64,000 nucleotides of DNA from Verrucomicrobiia bacterium. GTDB lineage: Bacteria; Verrucomicrobiota; Verrucomicrobiia; Limisphaerales; UBA1319. The notes beneath the pieces are model-generated. The model had not been told where the DNA came from. It searched no databases and saw only the letters and a program-made list of their open reading frames with translations. Of the stretch, positions 10,270 to 18,071 are shown in pieces. The stretch lies in the NCBI GenBank assembly GCA_963664225.1, contig OY760937.1:2976001-3040000 (forward strand), in the 5' to 3' direction. The position numbers and the translations under genes are program-made. Numbering within the stretch: the stretch's first letter is position 1; every line of letters begins with the position of its first letter.

Positions 10270-12244
10270 GTGCGCCAGTGAAATTGGTAGCCTCGTGGGT
10301 GAAAGTCCCGCCGGTCGAATTAGACGGTTCACGACCGAAATGCAGCGTCCGGGACGAGGCCGTGAGGCCGAACCACAAGCGGGACGCTGAAAGAACTGTC
10401 GGGTCGTAACGAAAGTAAACCTCATCAAATGAGCTCCGAAACCGAAATAACCGGTAAGCCGAGCCGCTACCCGAACGGCGAAGGCAGAAACGCGGCGTCA
10501 TCAAATCGTCAAATGGGCGCTGTTGATTCCGGCGGAGTCAGCGAGGGCGACACGACAGGAAGGGAAACCAAGGTAAGCTGGGAGATCTCTGGAGGCGGGG
10601 CGATAAAGCCTCAACCGCCGGTGCAAGGAGGAACACCCTCCGAGGCCGCACGGGCAGCCAGAGAAGTCGGAGTCTTCCATAGTAGCGAAGAAGCTGGGGC
10701 GACCAAAACCCCGGCGGAGCCAAGGGAAGGCACTTGGATCGAAGCGAATCAAAACAGCGAGGGACAGGGAGATGGCCTTGAGGGAGTGGAAACACTTTTT
10801 CAACGGATAACAACCCCGATAAAAGTTCAAAAGCTGCAGCGAGCGCTATATTGCAAAGCCAAGGCTGAGCCGAAGTATCGGTTTTACAGCCTCTACGGAG
10901 AACTGCTGCGGAAGGACGTGCTGGAAACGGCAATGGCCTCCGTGGCGCACAACAATGGCGCGGCTGGGATCGACGGGCAGACATGCGACGTCTATCTTGC
11001 CAGCGACGAAGCCTGGGACCAATGGCGGAACCAACTGCTGGAGGAGTTACGCACGAAGAAGTATCGGCCAAGCCCGGTGAAGCGTGTGTATATACCAAAA
11101 GGAGACGGGAAGCTGCGACCCCTGGGCATCCCGACAGTGAAAGACCGGGTGGTGCAGACAGCGGTGGTGATTGTATTGCTGCCGATTCTGGAAGCCGATA
11201 GTCATCCGAACAGTTACGCCTATCATCCCAAACGCAATGCCCACCAAGCAATGGAGGCGATCAAGAAGGCTACGCTGACAGGACGCGTCGAAGTTATAGA
11301 CGCGGACTTAAGCGGGTATTTTGACAGCATTCCCCACAGGCGTTTGTTGCGCATAGTGGCCAAGCGGGTCAGCGATGGAACAATTCTCAAGCTGATCGCA
11401 GGATGGCTGCGCGCGCCCGTGAATGAACCGCAAAGCGACACAGGGAAAGGCGGGACAAAGGGGGGGCAAGGTCAGAATCGACGGGGGACTCCGCAAGGCG
11501 GGGTTGTATCGCCGATTTTAGCCAATGCATACCTCAACCAGTTGGATTGGGAAGTCAACGAACGCTGCGAACTCAAACCCGTGATGGTGAGATACGCGGA
11601 TGATTTCGTGATACTCGGACAGCCGGGGCAGGGACGGGAACTGATGGAACGACTGGAACGATGGCTGAAGCAACGCGAGTTAGTGCTCAACGAGAAGAAG
11701 ACCCGCTTGGTGGACCTCCGCCAGGATGGCATCAAATTCTTGGGATTCGCGCTAACAATGCGACAGGGGAAGGGGAAATGGAAATATCCGCATGTGGAAC
11801 CCCATCCCAAGAGCCAGAAGAAGTTTCGAGACGGGATTCGGGAGAAACTCAACCGAAGCACGCTATGGCGTGATATCGGAGAGGTGATTCCCGAGCTCAA
11901 CAAGAAACTCAAAGGTTGGAAGGGTTACTTTCACTACGGGAACAGCACCAAGGTGATGGGCCAGATGAACGAATACGTCAGCAGCAAGTTACAACGATGG
12001 TTGTGGCGCAAACACGGATGTAGTCGGGCGCAATGGTCCACATACCCCAAGGAGGATCTCTATGAGCGTTATGGTTTATACCAAATGCCGGAATATGCGG
12101 CATGGAAACGATGACGTCGAAGCGATGCAACGTATGATCCCCGGAGAGCCGGATGCGGGAAAACCGCCTGTCCGGTTCGATGAGGGGCGAAATGCGACGG
12201 TCATTGGCCACGGCCATTCAATCCGTCCATTTCGCCTACTCTAC
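10270..12244 (+). mobile_element. Group II intron (1975 nt), IIB-like; IEP resembles bacterial class F (class tentative)
   Basis: 5' GTGCG at 10270; domain V GAGCCGGATGCGGGAAAACCGCCTGTCCGGTTC at 12146-12178 with the AGC triad; domain VI hairpin ending CCTACTCTAC at 12244; removing it restores the IS TSD TTAAA. Confidence 0.93.
10786..12114 (+). CDS. ltrA: Group II intron reverse transcriptase/maturase (no endonuclease domain)
   Basis: GAAGIDG, RPLGIPTVKDRVVQ, DADLSGYFDSI, GTPQGGVVSPILAN, RYADD, FLGF and X-domain LKGWKGYF; start uncertain, GTG 10786 after GAGGGA chosen. Confidence 0.93.
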   Translation: METLFQRITTPIKVQKLQRALYCKAKAEPKYRFYSLYGELLRKDVLETAMASVAHNNGAAGIDGQTCDVYLASDEAWDQWRNQLLEELRTKKYRPSPVKRVYIPKGDGKLRPLGIPTVKDRVVQTAVVIVLLPILEADSHPNSYAYHPKRNAHQAMEAIKKATLTGRVEVIDADLSGYFDSIPHRRLLRIVAKRVSDGTILKLIAGWLRAPVNEPQSDTGKGGTKGGQGQNRRGTPQGGVVSPILANAYLNQLDWEVNERCELKPVMVRYADDFVILGQPGQGRELMERLERWLKQRELVLNEKKTRLVDLRQDGIKFLGFALTMRQGKGKWKYPHVEPHPKSQKKFRDGIREKLNRSTLWRDIGEVIPELNKKLKGWKGYFHYGNSTKVMGQMNEYVSSKLQRWLWRKHGCSRAQWSTYPKEDLYERYGLYQMPEYAAWKR

Positions 12245-12491
12245 TAAATCAATACTCCACAGCCGGTTTCAAACCATGGATGGCCAAATGATTGCGTCAG
12301 ATGGGCCGTTCCTATTTCGGATTTCGGGTTTAAAGCGGCTGCGGTGAGGGAGCTGGAAGAGGGCGAAATGTCCTTTGATGCGATGTGGCGCAAGAAAGCG
12401 TTGAGGTGCTTGCGCACGGCCACCATGGGGAGCGCAGTCAATTTGCGAGGGCGCATTCGTTCTTGAATGCGTCCTTTTGCATAATGCCGTG

Positions 12492-13904
12492 TTACGGTTT
12501 TTCCGGCCCAAAATGCAGGTCTTTGACGTGCTTGCCGATTTGCATGCGGGGAGATTCCCTTGTCAAAGGCTGGTCCAGGATGACGACGTTATCAAAGGTG
12601 ACATTCTGAACATTGTGCTCCGGGGTTGCTCCCTCCAGTTGGACAAGGTAGTCGCCGGAACCGCCCGAGATCGATACATTCTTGAAAACCACATTACTCA
12701 CAAAACCCGGCGTTTGGGTGCGCATGTATTGGTTGATGGTCGGTTTGAGCCGGATGAACTCGTGCTGGCCCTCGCCATGCAGCCGGACGTCCTGCACGCG
12801 GACCTGTTCAAGGTGCATGTCCTCCCCCGGCTCAAAGAGAAAACAGGTCATGGTGAAATGAATGATGTCCACATTCCGGATTTCAATCTGCCGCATGAAC
12901 GCCGCGCGGCTTTCGTGGCCCAGCAGGAATATCCTTGCCCGGTCGCACCAAAGCACGGAGTTTTCAACCGTGATCTGTTCCACATTGCTGTTGGGACCGG
13001 TCTTTTCGAGTCCTTTCAATGCAACGCAGTCATCGTCCGTGCGAAAGAAGCAGTTGGAGACGAGGACATCCTGCGAGTTGCAGGGATCAATGCCATCGTC
13101 GTTTTGCACCCGCGACCCGCAGAGTTTGACGTCACGCACCACCACATGCGAGCTGTCCCGGGGAACAATGGTCCACCCGTAGGCCCCGCGCATGGTGATG
13201 CCGGACACCTCGACATTGGTGCCGCGAATATCCACCAGGTTGCCGTTGGGGCCCTTGGTCCATTCCCAATCCGAGCCATCCAGAATTCCGCGGCCCGTGA
13301 TCCGAATGTTGTTTCCATGGGCGATGACAGCGCCTTTGACGACCGCGCCCGCGGCGATGTAAAGTGTCTGATCATTCGTCAACTCAATGCGCGTCGGCTT
13401 GTGGATGCCGGGTCCAAAATAAACCACACCCGGGGCATTCGTTGCGGGCTTGTTTTCTTCCATTGGATTGGCAAAAAGCAAAAGCGGCCCCTTCTTGCCA
13501 TCCGGTTCCACACTGACTTTGGCCGGTTTGTCGAAGGTCAGAACCAACGTGTGGTCGTCTTCATGAACGACCTTTGCCACAGCAGTCGATGGGCGCACCA
13601 CAGCCTGGTTTAAGGAACGTTTCGAGGTGATGCGGACGGTGACTTTCCCAGTCATGTCAAAGTTGGCAAACGAATAGGGGCCGCCGTAATCCATTCCCTT
13701 GTTGGCAAAAGGCGGGTCGAGCACGCGGGCTCCATAAACAGCCACGTTCCGGCCCATCGCGGAGACTTCGTAATCGGTGGGGAGGGGCTCGCCCGCGGGC
13801 GCCGGGGCGGTGACAACGGCCGGTGTCTCCGCATGGCTGAGGCCCGTTGAACATCCGATCAGCGCGCCAACGAGTAGTAAAACGACCTGATTCAATACGT
13901 GCAT
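12492..13904 (-). CDS. Secreted pectin-lyase-fold glycoside hydrolase (GH28/GH49-like)
   Basis: Signal peptide; VVYFGPGIH, ITGRGILDG, NDDGID and RTDDDCVALK beta-helix motifs. Confidence 0.8.
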   Translation of the reverse strand: MHVLNQVVLLLVGALIGCSTGLSHAETPAVVTAPAPAGEPLPTDYEVSAMGRNVAVYGARVLDPPFANKGMDYGGPYSFANFDMTGKVTVRITSKRSLNQAVVRPSTAVAKVVHEDDHTLVLTFDKPAKVSVEPDGKKGPLLLFANPMEENKPATNAPGVVYFGPGIHKPTRIELTNDQTLYIAAGAVVKGAVIAHGNNIRITGRGILDGSDWEWTKGPNGNLVDIRGTNVEVSGITMRGAYGWTIVPRDSSHVVVRDVKLCGSRVQNDDGIDPCNSQDVLVSNCFFRTDDDCVALKGLEKTGPNSNVEQITVENSVLWCDRARIFLLGHESRAAFMRQIEIRNVDIIHFTMTCFLFEPGEDMHLEQVRVQDVRLHGEGQHEFIRLKPTINQYMRTQTPGFVSNVVFKNVSISGGSGDYLVQLEGATPEHNVQNVTFDNVVILDQPLTRESPRMQIGKHVKDLHFGPEKP

Positions 13905-14058
13905 AAAATGTTTGCCGAAGGCATCTGCAGGGCCGGCATCATCCATCTTCCTGAATCCTGTGCCGCGCCCGGAAGCGCCGGTTTTTCCCCGTCCCGGGAA
14001 ACAGGAAAAAACAGAGCTGGAATGGGAAGCCCAAGATCCCTCCGGCTCTGGAGAAAAA

Positions 14059-15426
14059 TCAGCGGGCCAGTTGCTTTTCCAGGTAATTGACTGCCTGGCG
14101 CACGCTTTCATCCACTTCCATGCGATCTTTGACCAGCTTGCAGGCGTGCAGCACCGTCCCGTGATCGCGGCCACCGAACGCCTCGCCGATCGCACTCAGC
14201 GAATTTTCGGTCATTTGCCGGGAGAGAAACATGGCGATTTGACGGGGAAACGCGATGTTTTCGGGCCTGCGTTTGCTGACCATGTCGGTCATGCGAATAT
14301 CGAAATGCTCGGCCACCCGTTTTTGGATGATGGTGATGTTGATGGTAAAGCGCCCTTCCTCGTGAAGTAATTCCCGCAGAAGTTCTTCCGCCAGTTCGAG
14401 CGTCGGTTTCTTATTCGTCAACGTGATGTACGAGGTCAGGCGGATCAGGGCGCCCTCGAGGCGACGGATATTCGTGCGAATCCGGTCCGCGATAAAATGA
14501 ATGACTTCGCTCGGCAAATGAACGCCGATCATGGCCTCTTTTTTCAGGAGAATGGCCACGCGGGTCTCGACATCCGGCGGCTGGAGATCGGCCACCAGAC
14601 CCCATTCGAGGCGGGACATGAGCCGCTGCTCCAGGTTCTGCATCTCGGCCGGAGGACGGTCGCAGGTGAGCACGATTTGCTTGTGGCTCTCGTGCAAGGC
14701 GTTGAACGTATGGAAAAACTCCTCCTGAATGCGTTCCTTGCCCGCGAGGAATTGAATGTCATCGATCAACAGCAGGTCGGTCTGGCGGTATTTCTTGCGG
14801 AACTTGACCAACTGGCTGTTTTGAATGGCGTCGATGTATTCGTTGGTGAATTTCTCGGAGGACAAATAGGCGACGCGCGCGCCCTTTTTCTGGCTTAGCA
14901 GTTGCTGGCCAATGGCATGGAGCAGATGCGTTTTTCCCAGACCCACACCGGCATACAAGAAAAGCGGGTTATAGGATTTGCCGGGAGATTGTGCCACGGC
15001 CATGGCCGCCGCATGGGAGAAACTGTTGGTGCTGCCCACGACAAACGTGTCAAAAGTGTATTTGGGATTGAATCCCAGGTCTGCCGGGGAGCTGTAATCC
15101 AGCGTTGCACCGCCGCTTTTGGCCTTTTTGGGCTGAACCTCGGGTGCGGGCAATGAAGCCGCTGGAGCGGTCGCCGCAATGTGGAAATCAACCTTGATCT
15201 GTTGGCCGGATTCGTGCGAAAGGACGTTCTGGAGCAAATCCAGATAGTTGTCCTTGAGCCAGACCTCGCAAAAATCGTTGGCCACTTCCAGAGTGACGAC
15301 GTCGGCGACCTGGTTGACGGCTCGCAGTGGGGCAAACCACAGATTATAAAGATCAGTGTTTAGCATGGTGCGCAGGCGCTCTTGCGCCTTCCCCCAAATG
15401 CCTTCAACTGATGTTTGCATATTCAA
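14059..15426 (-). CDS. dnaA: Chromosomal replication initiator protein DnaA
   Basis: YTFDTFVVG, YNPLFLYAGVGLGKTHL (Walker A), LLIDDIQF, QEEFFHTFN and domain IV FGGRDHGTVLHA. Confidence 0.98.
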   Translation of the reverse strand: MNMQTSVEGIWGKAQERLRTMLNTDLYNLWFAPLRAVNQVADVVTLEVANDFCEVWLKDNYLDLLQNVLSHESGQQIKVDFHIAATAPAASLPAPEVQPKKAKSGGATLDYSSPADLGFNPKYTFDTFVVGSTNSFSHAAAMAVAQSPGKSYNPLFLYAGVGLGKTHLLHAIGQQLLSQKKGARVAYLSSEKFTNEYIDAIQNSQLVKFRKKYRQTDLLLIDDIQFLAGKERIQEEFFHTFNALHESHKQIVLTCDRPPAEMQNLEQRLMSRLEWGLVADLQPPDVETRVAILLKKEAMIGVHLPSEVIHFIADRIRTNIRRLEGALIRLTSYITLTNKKPTLELAEELLRELLHEEGRFTINITIIQKRVAEHFDIRMTDMVSKRRPENIAFPRQIAMFLSRQMTENSLSAIGEAFGGRDHGTVLHACKLVKDRMEVDESVRQAVNYLEKQLAR

Positions 15427-16131
15427 TTCTCCGCCCCTCGCTGGAGCAAATTATTCACGCGGCTTTGTGACGGTTTGGTTACGCCGCTTTTTGTGTGGCT
15501 CTCCACCGCCGGACGGCGTCGAGAACCTCACCACAAAAAACACAGGGCCTCAATGGAAAAAAATAACAAAAAAGCGCATAACGCAACCTTTTGATTATAA
15601 ACTGTTTGAGTAAAGCCCAGGGTTGTCTTACCGAGCTGCTTTCCATCATCCACTCCGGCAGCCATCGCAGCCCGGTTTAATGTCGTCATGTTTTAGAGCA
15701 TCCAAAGTCTTCTGCATAGGACAACCTTCAAATTCTTGTTCACCAGTTATTCACAGGAGGATTTTGCCTTTGTTTTATGCCGAAATATCCACAAATTCGG
15801 GCCTCAATTTCGTTGAAATGCCCGAATCCCTAGCCTGCCGCCCGGTGAATAACTCTTGCACCCCTGTGCCCCAAAGGCGGAGTCAATGTTCTGAAACAGA
15901 CACTCCGCGTCCCGCCATTTGTAAAAACCGCGTAAAATTCATGCAAAAAGCGCGAAAAAGCGCCCAAATAACCTGCCAAAATGTTATTTTGTTAAATCCA
16001 TATGCTGCTTATGGAGAGCAGTTTGCGTCCATGCAGGGCAGGGCATTGCCCCCAAACTCGCCCTCGCATCCCCCCATAATCCTTGAATTCTTTCCGGTCC
16101 TCACCAAATTAGCAGCCGTATCATTGACTCT
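15427..16131. promoter_or_regulatory. Putative replication origin (oriC) and dnaA promoter region
   Basis: DnaA boxes TTATTCACA (15747-15755, consensus), TTATTCACG (15451-15459), ATATCCACA (15785-15793), GGTGAATAA (15844-15852, reverse) and TTGTTCACC (15736-15744); AT-rich tracts near 15555-15610 and 15960-16005. Confidence 0.65.
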
Positions 16132-16485
16132 ATGAAACGCCAAAAGATTTCGGAAATGGTCGTGGATTTAGCCGGGGACTACATCGGCCAGGGGGCTTCT
16201 TTGGAAGAACGACAGTGCCGTCTTAAACTCGCTTGCACCTGTTGGAATTACGCATGCGCTCCGGAAAAAACCGGCAAGGCGCAACTGGACATCTACATGA
16301 CCGAATACCGCAAGTGGAATCCCGAAGCCACGGATGAAGACTGCCAGAAGAAAAAACGAATGCTCGAATCTTTGATGCGGGAGAAGCGCAAAAAATATCC
16401 GAACGTCAATTCACAGATTGTCTCCTGCGATTTGATGTCGGGAGTTAATGAGGAAAGACTTGTAATCGCAGTAGCCCCTCAATGA
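16132..16485 (+). CDS. Hypothetical protein
   Basis: 117 aa ATG-started ORF filling the gap, protein-like composition; no motif recognised. Confidence 0.6.
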   Translation: MKRQKISEMVVDLAGDYIGQGASLEERQCRLKLACTCWNYACAPEKTGKAQLDIYMTEYRKWNPEATDEDCQKKKRMLESLMREKRKKYPNVNSQIVSCDLMSGVNEERLVIAVAPQ

Positions 16486-16558
16486 TCCGGGCACTGGTTT
16501 GTCGGAACGACCATTCTTAAGGCTGGCAGAACGAGCCGCCCGGAGTTTCCCCCCAGAC

Positions 16559-17509
16559 TCATTGCCCGCAACACTTCTTGTATTTCAGGCCGCTGCCGCA
16601 GGGACAAGGTTCGTTGCGGCCGATTTTGGGCTCCCGCACAAACGGGACCGAGAGGTCGTATTGGGGCTCCTCATCAATCGGTTCGCGAGGGCGGAAATTG
16701 TGCTCCATTGATGGTAGAACCGGATGAGGCACCGCTCGTAGTCGGGCTTCCTGATCCTGGAAACCGTCCGGCTCCTCGTCCTCAGGATGAAAGGACGCCC
16801 ACCACTCCATTTCGCCAATGGCATCGGTGATGACGCAGTATTTGTCGCTGTCTGCCAGATTATATTCGAGAAGATCCTCCTCAAAATTTTCCAGCTCAAT
16901 ATAACAGGGATCGATCAGGCCTCTGCTGAAGGCTAGCCGCACATCCTCCACCAATTCCGGCGCGGGCATATTCACCACGGCATCAACCAGCCCGCACCAT
17001 GCATACGAACCGTCATGAGGGAGACGGCCATCGAACAGACTCTTAAAATAGCCGACCACCTGCGCGCGAGGCATCTGTCCGGTGTGCTCCAGCACCAGGA
17101 AGGCCTCGATGGCCGAGTTGCGAACGAACTCGTCCACCTTCTTGTCCTCAATCAGTCGCTCCAAAAGAGTCGGATCGCCATTATAAACGGATCCGAGTAT
17201 CTGACCCAGCGATTCGGTCACCGTGTCGCCGAACAGATCATACAACGTGTCCTCAGGCGCGCTGAAGAGTTTTTCCATCAACGGATAGGCCCGCTTCTCG
17301 CGGAATTGCGCCAGTAGAAAAAGCGCATATTCATGGAGCATGCAATCCGTGCGGCGGGCCCACGCGGCAGGATCCCCGGCCACCATCTCCAGCACATGCA
17401 GCAACTCCGGCGTGATGGCCTCCTGTTGCTCGATGGCCGCCTGCATGGCCTCCAGGGGGAAACGGCCCCTGTGAAGCTCCAGTTCCTTAAGGATTTCGGG
17501 TATCGTCAT
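16559..17509 (-). CDS. DUF1186 domain protein with a C-terminal SEC-C motif
   Basis: [11 protein letters not shown] and FGDTVTE HEAT-like region; C-terminal [20 protein letters not shown]. Confidence 0.88.
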   Translation of the reverse strand: MTIPEILKELELHRGRFPLEAMQAAIEQQEAITPELLHVLEMVAGDPAAWARRTDCMLHEYALFLLAQFREKRAYPLMEKLFSAPEDTLYDLFGDTVTESLGQILGSVYNGDPTLLERLIEDKKVDEFVRNSAIEAFLVLEHTGQMPRAQVVGYFKSLFDGRLPHDGSYAWCGLVDAVVNMPAPELVEDVRLAFSRGLIDPCYIELENFEEDLLEYNLADSDKYCVITDAIGEMEWWASFHPEDEEPDGFQDQEARLRAVPHPVLPSMEHNFRPREPIDEEPQYDLSVPFVREPKIGRNEPCPCGSGLKYKKCCGQ

Positions 17510-17645
17510 ATCTCAAAACCGTTTTCTTGAATATCATTCTACCAGCGGGTCCCCATCCCGTCATCCATGAATTGTGTCTCCCATGTCGCTTGTCTGCCCC
17601 CGTTCTTGATTTGGCCCGCGCAATTGCCGATAGTGGGATTCGATT

Positions 17646-17990
17646 ATGAGCAAAACCTTGTTTGAAAAACTCATCGCGCGCGAGATTCCCGCCGATGTGG
17701 TGTATGAGGATGATTCCGTGTTCGCATTCAGGGACATCAAGCCGCAGGCGCCGGTGCATGTGCTCATCGTTCCCAAAAAGCCAATCCCGCGCATTGCGGA
17801 GGCCATGTCGGCCGACCATGCCGTTCTGGGCCACCTGATGCTCAAGGCTGCCGAGGTGGCGCGCAAACTGGGGTTGGAGGAATCCGGGTATCGCCTCGTG
17901 TTTAATAATGGGCGCGATGGCGGGGAGGCCGTGCCGCATCTGCATTGCCACATCCTGGGCGGGCGCCCCATGGCCTGGCCCCCAGGGTGA
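17646..17990 (+). CDS. hinT: Histidine triad (HIT) nucleotide-binding protein
   Basis: AFRDIKPQAPVHVLIVPK, HLHCHILGGR, terminal WPPG. Confidence 0.93.
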   Translation: MSKTLFEKLIAREIPADVVYEDDSVFAFRDIKPQAPVHVLIVPKKPIPRIAEAMSADHAVLGHLMLKAAEVARKLGLEESGYRLVFNNGRDGGEAVPHLHCHILGGRPMAWPPG

Positions 17991-18071
17991 GGCTTGCGCT
18001 GCAGAATCCCGCCCCATTATTAACCCGGCTCTTGGGTTGAAAGGTGTGAATGCGTGGGTTATAAAAAGCCC

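Larger units (their letters stand above)
8655..12328. mobile_element. Non-autonomous IS1380-related MITE (~162 bp when empty) interrupted by an IS1380 and a group II intron
   Basis: Perfect 16 bp terminal IRs CCCGAAATCCGAAATA (8655-8670) and TATTTCGGATTTCGGG (12313-12328), flanked by the 5 bp direct repeat TTTAA (8650-8654 and 12329-12333). Confidence 0.85.

Noticed and set aside
10429..10785. N-terminal extension of the RT ORF (561 aa call)
   Set aside because: It overlaps intron RNA domains including the predicted EBS1/EBS2; RT-like sequence begins only near TTPIKVQKLQ.
10270..12244. RT as part of a retron, DGR or defence system; intron as a terminator-targeting class C element
   Set aside because: Canonical GTGCG start, domains V/VI and a maturase domain are present, no TR/VR pair was seen, and two full 7 nt EBS-IBS pairings explain the site without a terminator.
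15623..16135. 170 aa ORF upstream of dnaA
   Set aside because: No recognisable motif and a TTG start; it overlaps the DnaA-box cluster, so it is probably non-coding.
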